NCBI GenBank assembly: GCA_027493615.1
Contig: JAOSKK010000001.1
Coordinates: 175,629-239,628, forward strand
Length of the DNA: 64,000 nt
Source of the DNA: Verrucomicrobiota bacterium
Lineage (GTDB): Bacteria > Verrucomicrobiota > Verrucomicrobiia > Limisphaerales > J093
Reading direction: 5' to 3'
In this document: one piece after another, positions 45,968-56,593 of the stretch
How positions within the stretch are numbered: position 1 is the first letter of the stretch
Layout of the letters: each line of letters starts with the position of its first letter
Translations under genes and position numbers: made by a program
Notes under the pieces: model-generated
Database searches by the model: none
What the model was told of the DNA's origin: nothing
Seen by the model: the letters and a program-made list of their open reading frames with translations, nothing else

Positions 45968-46392
45968 TTGCCCCCGCAGTTATGGCGCGTGGTTCCAACA
46001 AACCCCTCAGTCCCCAGCAACGTCGCGATCTCGACATCGAGATCAGTTTTCTCGCCGGGTTGACCCGGCGCGATCCCGCCTTCGTCGAAGCCCTTCAGTT
46101 GCTGGGGGATGACTACATTCAGCGCGGCCAGCTCCATGAAGGCACGGCGGTGGATGAGCAGGTCGCGCGGCTGCGGCCCGACGACCCGTCCGTCCAGTAC
46201 AACCTGGCTTGCAGCTACGCCCTCACCCATCGACCCGAGGCCGCGTACGCCGCGCTGAACCGGGCCCTCGACGTGGGATACCGTGACTTCCGCCGGATCT
46301 CACGCGATCCGGATCTCGCCGCGTTCCGCAAGCACCCGCTCTACCGCCAACTCCGCTCCCGCATCCGTACCCTCCGCGTCGAGATCTTCTGA
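45964..46392 (+). CDS. TPR-like repeat protein (C-terminal part of the former cyclase-TPR gene?)
   Basis: 'DPAFVEALQLLGDDYIQRGQLHEGTAVDEQVARLRPDDPSVQYNLACSYALTHRPEAAYAALNRALDVGYRDFRRISRDPDLAAFRKHPLY' shows TPR-like helical pairs. The first in-frame ATG is at 45964. Confidence 0.55.
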   Translation: MIAPAVMARGSNKPLSPQQRRDLDIEISFLAGLTRRDPAFVEALQLLGDDYIQRGQLHEGTAVDEQVARLRPDDPSVQYNLACSYALTHRPEAAYAALNRALDVGYRDFRRISRDPDLAAFRKHPLYRQLRSRIRTLRVEIF

Positions 46393-46429
46393 GGGCTTCC
46401 GTGCGTCCGGTCCGGCCCGCCTTCCCGCC

Positions 46430-47569
46430 ATGAACGTCACCGTCCGCGGCCGCCGCCGAGCCTGTCGCACCGTCGACTTCGACACCGCCATCAACGCTGT
46501 GCGGTTGATCGATCAGCGGCTCCTGCCGCACCGCTTCGTCATCCTCCCCTTCACGGACTACCAGAAGACCGCTCGCGCCATCCGGGACATGGTGGTTCGT
46601 GGCGCACCCGCCATCGCTGCCACCGCCGCCTACGGGCTTGCCCAAGGCGCACGGGCTTTTCGCGGCCGCGACCTCGCACTTTTTGGCGCCCATCTCGAGC
46701 GGGTACGCACCACGCTCGCAGCGGCCCGCCCCACCGCCGTGGATCCCGCGAACGCCCTTCGGCAGGTGCTCGAGTCCATGCGCCAAGGCTCCACCGTCGC
46801 CGAACAGCAAGCGACAGCCCTGGCCGCGGCCCGCGCTTTCGCTGATGCCAGCGTCGCCCACTGTGAAGCCATCGGTCGGCACGGCCTCCCCCTCATCCAG
46901 GACGGCGCCCGTGTCCTGACCCACTGCAACGCCGGTTGGCTCGCCTGCGTCGACGTCGGCACTGCCACCGCCCCGCTCTACGCCGCCCAGGCCGCCGGCC
47001 GCCCGTTCCACGTGTTCTGCGACGAAACCCGGCCTCGCTGCCAGGGGGCGTCCCTCACTGCGTGGGAACTCGCCCACCAGGGGGTGCCGCATCACGTGAT
47101 CGCCGACAACGCCGCCGGCCACCTCATGCAGCGCGGCGAGATTGACCTCGTCATCGTGGGCAGCGACCGCGTGCTCGGCCGCACCGGGCATGTGGCCAAC
47201 AAGATCGGCACCTATACGAAGGCCGTTCTTGCCCACCGCCACCGCCTCCCGTTCTACGTCGCCATCCCGCTTTCAACCCTCGACTGGGAGTTGCGTGACG
47301 GCGGCGAGATCCCGATCGAAGAGCGGAGCGAAGACGAGGTGCTGGGCGCCTCGGGCGCCGTTACCACGCCCGGCCGGTGTTCCTCCTCCTCCGCGGCACG
47401 CCCCGGCCGTCCTGCCTACGTGCGCATCGCCAACCCTTCCAGCCACGCACGCAACCCCGGCTTTGACGTCACTCCGCCCGAGCTCATCACCGGCATCATC
47501 ACGCCGGTCGGCATCTTCAAGCCGCGTGAGTTGTGGCGCCACCGCCACCGCCTCGGTGGGCCTGCCTGA
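46430..47569 (+). CDS. mtnA: S-methyl-5-thioribose-1-phosphate isomerase (eIF-2B alpha/beta/delta family)
   Basis: The start is ATG 46430. 'RGAPAIAATAAYG', 'VLTHCNAGWLA', 'VGSDRVLGRTGHVANKIGTY' and 'NPGFDVTPPELITGIITPVG' are present. The track ORF start at 46283 is an over-extension into the previous gene. Confidence 0.9.
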   Translation: MNVTVRGRRRACRTVDFDTAINAVRLIDQRLLPHRFVILPFTDYQKTARAIRDMVVRGAPAIAATAAYGLAQGARAFRGRDLALFGAHLERVRTTLAAARPTAVDPANALRQVLESMRQGSTVAEQQATALAAARAFADASVAHCEAIGRHGLPLIQDGARVLTHCNAGWLACVDVGTATAPLYAAQAAGRPFHVFCDETRPRCQGASLTAWELAHQGVPHHVIADNAAGHLMQRGEIDLVIVGSDRVLGRTGHVANKIGTYTKAVLAHRHRLPFYVAIPLSTLDWELRDGGEIPIEERSEDEVLGASGAVTTPGRCSSSSAARPGRPAYVRIANPSSHARNPGFDVTPPELITGIITPVGIFKPRELWRHRHRLGGPA

Positions 47570-47575
47570 ACTTCC

Positions 47576-49612
47576 ATGAAACTCCTCTTCCCGACGGGGC
47601 GAGGCTGCGGGTCGTCGGTCGTGCGCAACCGCAGCTTTGCATCACCCACTTCATGGCCGCTGCGGAGCCTGGAAAAAGGCATCCCGCCCGGCTTGCTCTG
47701 CGCCCTCGGCATTCTGATGGTAGCGACCCCATGCTGCGTGGCGACCGCCGCCGAGTTCCACGTGGCCCCTGCGAGTTTGCCGCTCCCCAACATCGACCCC
47801 CCCCACCGCTTCACGTCGTTGCGCGAAGCCCGGGACGCCGCCCGCCAGATTCCTGCGGCAGAGCCGCGTCGGATCCTGGTCCACGGCGGCGAGTACCGCG
47901 ATGTCGGCCTGTCGCTCGAGCCCGAGGATTCCGGGCTTGAAATCCTTGCCGCACCCGGCACCCGTCCGGTGCTCTATGGCGGACACCGGCTGACCGGCTG
48001 GGAAAGTGAAACCGGCACTCCCTGGTGGTCTGCCCCGTTGCCTGCTCTGTCTCCACGCGAAGAGGACGTGAAGGCCGGTTTGGCCAGTCCCGGGTGGGAG
48101 GTCCGACTGCTGCTGGTTGATGGCCAGACCCGACCGCGCGCCCGGTTCCCGGCCCAGGGTGCGCTTGAACACACCACCCGCTTCGACGTGCCCTGGATGA
48201 GCACCACTGGCGGCGGCTGGAAACGCCCGCCCACCCAGGAAGAACTCACCACCCTGGAATACCGACCCGGCGACTTGGGCGACTGGCCGGACCTCACGCA
48301 GGCCGAGATCACCGCTTATCACATGTGGGACGAATCATGCGTGGGCGTCGCCCAACACGATCCGGCCAACCACCGCCTCACCCTCGCTCCCCCCTGCGGC
48401 CATCCTCCCGGAGCTTTCGGCGTCCGCCGCTATGTTCTCTGGAACCTCCGTGCCGGTCTTACCCAGCCCGGTCAATGGCTGCACGATCGCGAGCGGAACC
48501 GCATTCTCTACTGGCCCCTGCCCGGCGAGGATCCGACAAGCCTGGTGGCGGTGGCGCCCGCGCGGTTTACCCTGCTCCGCCTGGCAGGACGCCCGGACGC
48601 GCCCGTGAAGGACGTGATGGTGCGCGGCCTGACCTTCAGCGCCACCACCGTTCCCCTGGTCGCCGGTGGTTTCGCCGCGACCCGACTCAGCGGGGCCATC
48701 AGCCTGGATCGTGCCGAGGGTTGCACCTTCGAGGACCTGACCATCCGCGGCGTCGGCGGCCATGCAGTGAAGGCCACTGGTCGCGTTCAGGACATCGTTG
48801 TCCAACGTTGCGAGATTCACGACTGCGGCGCCGGGGGCCTGTATGTCGGCGGCCAACGCGCCATCCTGCGCGATAACCACGTCCACGGCATCGGGCGCAG
48901 CTATCCCAGCGGCATCGGCATCTTCAACGGTGGCACCGACTGCCTCGTCACTCACAACGAGGTCCACGACTGCAGTTATTCCGCGATCAACTACGGCGGC
49001 CGCGGCAACGTCGTTTCCAGCAACCTCCTCTACGACTGCATGAAGGTGCTCCACGACGGCGCGGCCATCTACATGTTCGCCGCCACCAACTGCATCCTCC
49101 GCGGCAACTTCGCCCGCGACATCACCGACACCGGCGGTTACGGCGCCTCGGCTTACTACCTCGACGAGCGAAGTTCCGGTTGCGTCGTCGAACACAACGT
49201 CTCCCTCCGCGTCGGATGGCCGGCCCACAATCACATGGCCACCAACAACGTCATCCGCAACAACCTGTTCCTCGTCGAAGGCGACGCCAAGCTGACCTTC
49301 CCGCGCTCCACCGGCTTCACCCTCGAACACAACATCCTCAGCGCCACCGGCAAGATCCGGATCGAAGGCGAGAACGCCGTCACCCGCTGGTCGAAGAACC
49401 TCTTCCACAGCGGCGCCGACCGTATCGAGCGCGTCCGACTCGACCAATACGCCGCCAAAGAAACCCTGCTGGGTCCGCCCGGCGATACCGTTGTGGCCGA
49501 CCCGCTGTTGGTGGACCCGGCCCGACTCGACTTCCGGTTCCGCACGAACTCGCCGGCGCTCGAGTTGGGCATCGAACCTATCGACATCCGGGCGGTCGGA
49601 ATCCGGCGCTGA
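47576..49612 (+). CDS. Secreted right-handed parallel beta-helix repeat protein (pectate-lyase-fold; function unknown)
   Basis: Intact 678-aa ORF. Signal-like 'LLCALGILMVATPCCVATAAEF'. It has repeated beta-helix turns ('VTHNEVHDCSYSAINYGG', 'VVSSNLLYDC', 'ILRGNFARD', 'VVEHNVSL', 'VIRNNLFL', 'TLEHNILS'). The minus ORF 48335..49678 is an antisense shadow. Confidence 0.8.
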   Translation: MKLLFPTGRGCGSSVVRNRSFASPTSWPLRSLEKGIPPGLLCALGILMVATPCCVATAAEFHVAPASLPLPNIDPPHRFTSLREARDAARQIPAAEPRRILVHGGEYRDVGLSLEPEDSGLEILAAPGTRPVLYGGHRLTGWESETGTPWWSAPLPALSPREEDVKAGLASPGWEVRLLLVDGQTRPRARFPAQGALEHTTRFDVPWMSTTGGGWKRPPTQEELTTLEYRPGDLGDWPDLTQAEITAYHMWDESCVGVAQHDPANHRLTLAPPCGHPPGAFGVRRYVLWNLRAGLTQPGQWLHDRERNRILYWPLPGEDPTSLVAVAPARFTLLRLAGRPDAPVKDVMVRGLTFSATTVPLVAGGFAATRLSGAISLDRAEGCTFEDLTIRGVGGHAVKATGRVQDIVVQRCEIHDCGAGGLYVGGQRAILRDNHVHGIGRSYPSGIGIFNGGTDCLVTHNEVHDCSYSAINYGGRGNVVSSNLLYDCMKVLHDGAAIYMFAATNCILRGNFARDITDTGGYGASAYYLDERSSGCVVEHNVSLRVGWPAHNHMATNNVIRNNLFLVEGDAKLTFPRSTGFTLEHNILSATGKIRIEGENAVTRWSKNLFHSGADRIERVRLDQYAAKETLLGPPGDTVVADPLLVDPARLDFRFRTNSPALELGIEPIDIRAVGIRR

Positions 49613-49713
49613 TCGCCGGGTGCCTGGCCGGCGCCGCGGAGGTTGGACGCGACGCGGGATTGGGTTTGACACCTGCATCGAGGCGGATCAATAGTATCAC
49701 AAGTGACTTACTT

Positions 49714-51419
49714 ATGATTGCAACTGAGAGTGTTTCGGCTTCGGCTTCAGCTTCGGCCACGGTGACCCACAACGAGGTTATCAAGGCCGCGGTGCCGACC
49801 TTGGCCGGTCAGATCGCCGCCACTCTGGCCGATCCCACTGCCGACCGGTTCTCCGATGACGACGCCCAGTTCCTCAAGTTCCACGGCATCTATCAGCAGG
49901 ACGATCGCGACCTGCGCAAGACGGGCAAGAGGTACATCATGATGATTCGCGGCCGCATCCCTGGCGGCGTCATGACCCCCGCCCAATGGATCGCGTTCGA
50001 CGACCTCGCCACCCGTCACGGCAACAACACGCTGCGGATCACCACCCGCCAGAGCATCCAGTTCCACGGCGTAGTCAAGAGCCATCTGGGCCCGCTCATG
50101 CGGGGCATCCACGACTGCCTCTTGTCCACGCTCGCCGCCTGTGGTGACGTGAACCGCAACGTCCTCGCGCCTCCGACACCCGCCTACACCCGCGCCCGCG
50201 ACCAGGTCCACGCCGACTGCGTCCGCGTGGCCGATGCCCTCAAACCCCGCACCCGGGCCTACCACGCCATTTGGGTCGACGGCGTGCAATTGGACCTTGA
50301 GGATCCGGCGAACAAGCACTTCGTCGACCCGCTCTACGGCGCCACGTACCTGCCCCGGAAGTTCAAGGTGGCCTTCGTCATCCCGCCGGTGAACGATCTC
50401 GACGTGCTGGCCAACGACCTCGGCTTCATTGCCATCGTCGAGCGGGACCAGCTCCTCGGCTACAACCTCTGCGTCGGTGGCGGCCTTGGGCGGAGTCACG
50501 GTAACGACGCCACCTATCCGCGTCTGGCCGATGTCCTGGGGTTCTTCACGCCCGAACACCTGGTACCTATCGCCCGGGCGGTGCTGACCATCCACCGCGA
50601 CTTTGGCGACCGTACCGATCGCAAACACGCGCGGCTCAAGTACGTCGTCCAGGAACGCGGACCTGACTGGATCCGGGCCGAGATCGAGCAGCGCGCCGGA
50701 CTCGAACTGGAACCGCCGCGATCGTACGCGTTCACGACCACCCAAGACTTGTTGGGCTGGCATGCGGCGGTCGACGGCACGTGGTTCCTCGGTCTGTTTG
50801 TCGAGAACGGGCGGGTGAAGGACGACGCCGAACGGCGCTTGAAGTCTGCCTTGCGCCAGGTCGCCGGGCGATTCTCGGCCATCGAGTTCCGGCTCACAGC
50901 CAACCAGAATGTCCTGCTCGCGCGCGTCCCGGTCGGCGAGCGTGACGCCATCACCGCCCTCCTGGCCGAGCACGGTGTTCGCACCACGCAACAGGCCTCG
51001 GTGCTCCACGCCGCCGCCATGGCCTGCGTGGCCCTGCCCACCTGCGGCCTCGCGTTGGCTGAATCGGAACGCTGTCTGCCCGGCATTCTGGACCGCATCG
51101 AGCGGCTGATGGCCGACACCGGCCTGGCCGGCGAAGAGATCATCATCCGCATGACCGGTTGTCCGAACGGCTGCGCGCGACCCTACCTGGCGGAAATCGC
51201 GTTCGTCGGCAAGGCCCCCGGCCGTTACCAGCTCTGGTTGGGGGCAACACCTCCGGCACCCGGCTCAACCGGTTGTGGAAGGAGATGGTGAAGGAACCGG
51301 AGATCGAGAACGAACTGCGCCCCCTCCTCGAGCGTTTCCGCCGCGAGCGGCAGGCCGGCGAGCGTTTTGGCGATTGGGCGGCTCGGACGTTGTGGGAGGC
51401 CGCCACCCTCAACGCCTGA
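49714..51419 (+). CDS. cysI: Assimilatory sulfite reductase hemoprotein (siroheme/4Fe-4S; CysI/Sir type); frame broken once
   Basis: ATG 49714 'MIATESV...'. 'FLKFHGIYQQDDRD', 'MACVALPTCGLALAE' and 'MTGCPNGCARPYLAEIAFVG' are present. The G5 run 51240..51244 joins the frame of ORF 49180..51291 to ORF 51159..51419 (...YQLWLG / GNTSGTRLNRLWKEMV...). The first 178 codons of the track ORF overlap the previous gene and are not part of this CDS. Confidence 0.9.
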
Positions 51420-51425
51420 TCCGCC

Positions 51426-52094
51426 ATGGACCCCGACCAACTCCGACTCGCCAACGCGGAACTCCGGAACGCTCCGCCCCCGACCATCATCCGGTGGGCC
51501 CTCACCCGGGCCGAAGGCCGCGCGCTGGTCTCGACCAACTTCCGCCCCTATGAAGCCGTCCTCCTCCACCTCGTCACCCGCCTCCAGCCGGACATCCCGG
51601 TGCTCTGGGTGGACCACGGCTACAACCGCCCGGCCACCTATCGCCATGCCGACGACCTCTGCCAGCGCCTCAACCTCAACCTCAAGAGCTACGTCCCCAC
51701 GTTGACCGCGGCGCACTACGACGCCCGCCACGGCGGCCCGCCCGAGCCCACGCCGGAGAACGAGCCGCAGATCCGCGCCTTCAGCCGGGTCATGAAACTC
51801 GAGCCGTTCCAGCGCGGCATGCGCGAACTCGCCCCACGCGTCTGGTTCACCGCCCTGCGCCAGGTGCAGAACCCGCAACGTGCCCAACTCGACATCGTCG
51901 GCTTTGATCCCGCCTTCAACACGCTCAAGGTCTCCCCCCTGTGCCACTGGAGTGACGCCCAGATGGAGGCCTATCTCGAGGAGCATCACCTCCCCAACGA
52001 GTGGGATTACTTCGATCCCGCCAAAGCCAGCGAAAAACGCGAGTGCGGTCTGCACGCCGCCTGGGGCACTCCGCCCGCCTCTCCTTCCCCGTGA
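51426..52094 (+). CDS. cysH: Phosphoadenosine phosphosulfate (PAPS) reductase family protein
   Basis: Intact 222-aa ORF. 'LVSTNFRPYEAVLLHLV' is the PP-loop-like region, and the C-terminal 'KRECGLH' motif is present. I saw no CC...CxxC iron-sulfur cysteine set. Confidence 0.9.
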   Translation: MDPDQLRLANAELRNAPPPTIIRWALTRAEGRALVSTNFRPYEAVLLHLVTRLQPDIPVLWVDHGYNRPATYRHADDLCQRLNLNLKSYVPTLTAAHYDARHGGPPEPTPENEPQIRAFSRVMKLEPFQRGMRELAPRVWFTALRQVQNPQRAQLDIVGFDPAFNTLKVSPLCHWSDAQMEAYLEEHHLPNEWDYFDPAKASEKRECGLHAAWGTPPASPSP

Positions 52095-52993
52095 GCAACT
52101 ACCACCTCGACCACCTCGATCACCTCGAATCCGAGGCCATCCACGTCCTGCGCGAGGTCGCCGCCGAGTTCGAGCGCCCGGCCCTGCTCTTCTCCGGCGG
52201 CAAGGACTCCATCTGCCTCCTGCGCCTGGCCGAGAAGGCCTTCCGCCCCTCCGACCTCCCCCTGCCGCTCCTCAACGTCGACACCGGCCATCACTTCCCC
52301 GAACTCAACGAATTCCGCGATCGCCGTGCCGCCGAACTCGGCGCCCGCCTCATCGTCCGCAAGGTCGAAGACGCCATTGCCGCCGGCATCGCCGTACCGG
52401 TCCCGGGCGAGATCAGCCGCAACCGCCTCCAAATCCCCACCCTCCTCGCCGCCCTCGAGGAGTTCCGCTTCGACTGTGCCATCGGCGGGGCGCGTCGGGA
52501 CGAGGAGAAGGCCCGCGCCAAGGAGCGGTTCTTCAGCTTCCGGGACGCGTTCGGCCAGTGGGATCCCAAGAACCAGCGGCCCGAGCTCTGGAACCTCTAC
52601 AATGCCCGCCTCAATCCCGGCGAGCACATGCGGGTCTTCCCGCTCAGCAACTGGACCGAGATGGACGTCTGGGAATACATCGACCGCGAACATCTCGAGG
52701 TCCCCAGCATCTACTTCAGCCATCGCCGCGCCTGCGTCCGCCGCCACGGCCAGTGGCTCCCCGTCACCCCCCTCCTGCCCCCGCGCGACCAGGAAACCGT
52801 CCGTGAACTCGTCGTCCGCGTCCGCACCATCGGCGACATCATCAGCACCGGCCTGGTCGAAAGCCCGGCCAACACCGTGACCGACATCATCGCCGAAATC
52901 GCCGCCGCCCGGGTCACCGAACGTGGTTCCCGTGCCGATGACCGGACCAGCGAGGCCGCCATGGAGGATCGCAAGAAACAAGGCTACTTCTAA
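52091..52993 (+). CDS. cysD: Sulfate adenylyltransferase subunit 2
   Basis: The GTG start at 52091 overlaps the cysH stop (GTGA). '[36 protein letters not shown]', '[18 protein letters not shown]', '[17 protein letters not shown]' and the terminal 'EDRKKQGYF' are present. Confidence 0.95.
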   Translation: MSNYHLDHLDHLESEAIHVLREVAAEFERPALLFSGGKDSICLLRLAEKAFRPSDLPLPLLNVDTGHHFPELNEFRDRRAAELGARLIVRKVEDAIAAGIAVPVPGEISRNRLQIPTLLAALEEFRFDCAIGGARRDEEKARAKERFFSFRDAFGQWDPKNQRPELWNLYNARLNPGEHMRVFPLSNWTEMDVWEYIDREHLEVPSIYFSHRRACVRRHGQWLPVTPLLPPRDQETVRELVVRVRTIGDIISTGLVESPANTVTDIIAEIAAARVTERGSRADDRTSEAAMEDRKKQGYF

Positions 52994-53042
52994 CCTTCCC
53001 CCGCTCACCCCCCGTCGCCTCCCCCTCAGCCGCCCCGCCCGC

Positions 53043-54363
53043 ATGACTCCCACGCCTCCCATCGACATTCTCCGCTTCAACACCTGCGGCTCGGTCGACG
53101 ACGGCAAGTCCACCCTCATCGGCCGCCTGCTCTACGACTCGAAGTCGCTCATGGAGGACCAGATCGAGGCCCTCGAACGCAGCGCCGACATCACCGGCGG
53201 CGGCCAGATCAACCTCGCCAACCTCACCGACGGCCTGCGCGCCGAGCGCGAACAGGGCATCACCATCGATGTTGCCTACCGCTACTTCGCCACCCCCCGC
53301 CGCCGGTTCATCATCGCCGACACTCCCGGCCACGTGCAGTACACCCGCAACATGGTCACCGGCGCCTCCACCGCCAATCTCGCCATCGTGCTCGTGGACG
53401 CCCGCAAGGGTGTCGTCGAACAAACCCGCCGCCACATCTTCCTCGCCGCCCTCCTCGGCATCCCCCACCTCGTCATCGCCGTCAACAAGATGGACCTCGT
53501 CGGCTGGAGCGAAGACCGCTTCCAGGAAATCCGCGCGGGCTGCGAGGCCTTCCTCCCCCGCCTCGACGTCCTGCGCGACGTCAAGTTCATCCCGCTCTGT
53601 GCCCAGGACGGCGACAACGTCGTCGCCCCTTCCCCCCGGACGCCGTGGTACCAGGGACCCGCGCTCCTCGGCCACCTCGAGACCGTCCACATCGCCAGCG
53701 ACTACAACCTCAGCGCCTTTCGCTTTCCAGTTCAGTGGGTCAACCGCCCTGCCCGCCCCGACCACCCGGTCTGGCATGACTTCCGCGGCTTCAGTGGCCA
53801 GATCGCCGGCGGCATCGTCAAGGTCGGCCAACCCCTCCTGCTCCTCCCCTCCGGTCTCCGCTCGACCGTGCGGGGAGATCTGGACCTACGACGGCGCCCT
53901 CCCCGAAGCCTTCTGCCCCCAAAGCATCACCCTCCGCATCGAGGACGAGATCGATTGCAGTCGCGGCGACGTCTGGGTCAGCCCTGACGCGCTTCCCGGT
54001 TGCGCCACCGACCTCGAGGCCCGTCTCGTCTGGATGCATCCCAAGCCGCTGACGCCCGGTCGCAAGTTCCACCTCAAGCACACCACCACGCTCTGCCGCG
54101 CGGTCGTCACCGCCCTCGAGAACCGCGTCAACTTCGCCGACCTCGACCTCGAACCCGACCCGCCCGCTCATCTCGGCCTGAACGACATCGGCCGGGTCCG
54201 GCTCAAGACCACCCGCCCGCTCGTCTTCGACAGCTACCGCAGCAACCGCCTCACCGGCTCCTTCATCCTCATCGAGGAAGGTTCCAACCACACCGTCGCC
54301 GCCGGCCTCCTCGAACCGCCCCGCGAACTCTACAAACCGGAGTTCGAGGATTTCGCCATCTGA
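53043..54363 (+). CDS. cysN: Sulfate adenylyltransferase subunit 1 (GTPase), with no fused APS kinase domain; frame broken once
   Basis: ATG 53043. G1 is '[16 protein letters not shown]', followed by '[11 protein letters not shown]', 'ADTPGHVQY' and 'AVNKMDLV'. ORFs 52923..53987 and 53269..54363 join at the G4 run 53872..53875 (...LRSTVR / [13 protein letters not shown]...). Confidence 0.95.
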
Positions 54364-54380
54364 TCACCGCCGGGCCGAAC

Positions 54381-55109
54381 TCACGGGTTCGGCCGCGGCG
54401 CGTCCGGGGTCGCCGGCAACGACCGCGACTCAAGATACTTGACGAGCTTCTCCCGGCTCGCGGCGAACGTGAAAGCGTCGTACACCACGTGGTAGTTCCA
54501 CGGGTCCACCACGCTGTCGTAGGCGGCCTTGGCCAACTCCAGGCGGCCGTCCTCGAACGTGAACAAGCCCAGCATCTCCCGCACCTGCCGCGAGGTGATC
54601 CGCCCCCTTGCCCCGGCCACCACCTGCCGGGCGATCGCCAACCGCGTGTTGTCGAAGTTCTCCTTGCCCACGGTCCGCAGCAGGTCCGCCCACTCAGCCT
54701 CGCTCAGCGGCGCCGGCAGCATGCCACCGGGCGGCGGCCCTTCACCCCGGGACAGGAGCCTGATCCGATCATGCAGTCGGAAAACCTTCGAGAAGGACTG
54801 AAACGCGTCGTACACCTCGTAGAAGTTCTCGGGGTCCACCGTGCGCGGATACGCCGCCACGGCAAACTCCAGCCGCGCCTCCTCGCTGCGGATCGTCCGC
54901 GCCAGCGCCTTGACCTGCAGACTCGACACCGCGTGCCGCGAGACCAGCGAACGCGCCGCGTCCAACCGCTCGACGTCGTTCCCCGCCGCCTCGAGACGGC
55001 GGACCCGCGACTCGAGTTCCGGCTCCGCCAACCGCGGCGGCGGCTCAGCGGCCCGGGCGGACGGCGTGCCCAGTCCGCCCAGCCAGCAACCCGTCGCCAA
55101 GACCCACAT
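54381..55109 (-). CDS. DUF4476-like repeat protein, secreted
   Basis: There are two internal repeats of the pattern 'ARLEFAVAAYPRTVDPENFYEVYDAFQSFSK' and 'GRLELAKAAYDSVVDPWNYHVVYDAFTFAASR'. Signal-like 'MWVLATGCWLGGLGTPSARA'. The start could lie further upstream (MKQQNRSE..., other frame). Confidence 0.7.
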   Translation of the reverse strand: MWVLATGCWLGGLGTPSARAAEPPPRLAEPELESRVRRLEAAGNDVERLDAARSLVSRHAVSSLQVKALARTIRSEEARLEFAVAAYPRTVDPENFYEVYDAFQSFSKVFRLHDRIRLLSRGEGPPPGGMLPAPLSEAEWADLLRTVGKENFDNTRLAIARQVVAGARGRITSRQVREMLGLFTFEDGRLELAKAAYDSVVDPWNYHVVYDAFTFAASREKLVKYLESRSLPATPDAPRPNP

Positions 55110-55418
55110 CCCAACACCCGCGCAGCGTCGCCTCCCGGACTTCAGAACGGTTCTGCTGTTTCATATAGCCAGCCTGCTGTCTTAACAAACTCAGCCCTTG
55201 GACGCGCCAGCCCCTCGTTTCTTCAGCCCCCGAAAAGCAAACGGCGGGGCGCAAGCGCCCCGCCGCCAAGACCGCGTGCTCCGCGGCCACCCCGTCAGTT
55301 CATCCAATGGCCAGCAGTCGCTACTTCCATCGCCCCCGCGCCAGCGACCGCACGTTCCTGCCCCCGCCCTACCCCGCGCAGCGGGGCCGCATCTTTTCGC
55401 GATGCAGGAGCGAAAAGA

Positions 55419-56060
55419 TCACGACTTCTTCTTCTCGGCAGCCGGCTTGGCCGGCTTCGCAGGCCCCGACTTGGCCTCCGCAGGGGCCGCCGCCTTCTCC
55501 CCGGTTCGGGCCGCGGCCGCCCCGCGCGCCGGACGTTCAAACCGCCGTCCACGCCCCTCGGGCTTGGCCGCTTCCTTCGGTTCCTCCACCACGGGAGCCG
55601 GCGGTGTGCTGCTCTCGATCAACACCTTGAGCTTGGCGTGAACGTCGGGGTGCAGCCGCATCTCCACCTCGTGCTCCCCGAGCGAACGGAGCGGTTGCTC
55701 GAGGTGGATCTTCTTGCGGTCCAGCGCAATGGCGAACTGGCTCTTGAGCTCATCCGCAATCGTCCCGGCCGTCACGGCCCCGAACATCTTGCCGTCATCG
55801 CCAGTCTTCACGACGATCTTGAGCAGGAGTTTGCCGAGCGAAGCCGCCAGTTCGCTCATCGAGTTGAGGTCGGCGGCCTCCCGCTCCGCGCGGCGCTTGC
55901 GGAGCGCCTCGAGTTGCTTCTTGTTGGAGGCGCTCAGCGGGATGGCCAGGCGCTGGGGAAACAGGAAGTTGCGCGCGTAACCCGCGGCCACCTTCACCTG
56001 GTCGGACTCACCGCCGAGGCCGACGATGTTCTGTACGAGAATGACTTCGGTCTTTGGCAT
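55419..56060 (-). CDS. rplI: 50S ribosomal protein L9 with a ~65-aa Ala/Lys/Pro-rich C-terminal tail
   Basis: ATG 56060 'MPKTEVILVQNIVGLGGESDQVKVAAGYARNFLFPQRLA'. The track ORF start at 56336 is an over-extension. Confidence 0.9.
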   Translation of the reverse strand: MPKTEVILVQNIVGLGGESDQVKVAAGYARNFLFPQRLAIPLSASNKKQLEALRKRRAEREAADLNSMSELAASLGKLLLKIVVKTGDDGKMFGAVTAGTIADELKSQFAIALDRKKIHLEQPLRSLGEHEVEMRLHPDVHAKLKVLIESSTPPAPVVEEPKEAAKPEGRGRRFERPARGAAAARTGEKAAAPAEAKSGPAKPAKPAAEKKKS

Positions 56061-56122
56061 AACAATCGGAGCAATCGGAATTCGCAGCGGTAAACAACAG
56101 CGGACACGCCGGCACGCGCGCC

Positions 56123-56590
56123 CTAGAACGGCACGTCGTCTTCTTCCTGCGGGGGAACCTCCGGCTCGGCGGCGGCGGGCGGCGGCGGCGCTCCCGGTGG
56201 CGGCGGCGTGGGGCGTGAGCCCCCCGAGGAAGTCCCGGGCGCACCTGCCTCGGCGGCCTTCGAGTCCAGAAAACTGAATGATTCGAGGACCACCCGGAGC
56301 TTGCTCTGCTTCTGATGGGTGTTCTTGTCCTCCCATTGATCCAGGCGCAACCTCCCCTCGATCAGGATCGGTCGGCCTTTCCGCATGTACTGGCTGATGA
56401 CCTCGGCCTGACGACCGAAGGCGTCGACGTCCACAAATGTGACTTCCTCCCGCTTCTCCCCGCCCTCCGTCGTGAAGGACCGGTTCAACGCCAGCCCGAG
56501 CCGGGCGATCGCCGTCCCTTTCGGCGTGTATCGCAGTTCGGGGTCACGGGTGAGGTTCCCCGCGAGGATCACCTTGTTGAAACTGGCCAT
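56123..56590 (-). CDS. ssb: Single-stranded DNA-binding protein
   Basis: 'MASFNKVILAGNLTRDPELRYTPKGTAIARLGLALN', an OB fold, a Pro/Gly-rich linker, and the acidic tip 'EEDDVPF'. Confidence 0.95.
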   Translation of the reverse strand: MASFNKVILAGNLTRDPELRYTPKGTAIARLGLALNRSFTTEGGEKREEVTFVDVDAFGRQAEVISQYMRKGRPILIEGRLRLDQWEDKNTHQKQSKLRVVLESFSFLDSKAAEAGAPGTSSGGSRPTPPPPGAPPPPAAAEPEVPPQEEDDVPF

Positions 56591-56593
56591 AGG

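Noticed and set aside
49180-49713. The N-terminal 178 codons of track ORF 49180..51291 were considered as part of sulfite reductase.
   Set aside because: This part overlaps the beta-helix protein gene in another frame and is Arg/Pro-rich. The conserved CysI sequence starts at ATG 49714, after an AT-richer spacer.
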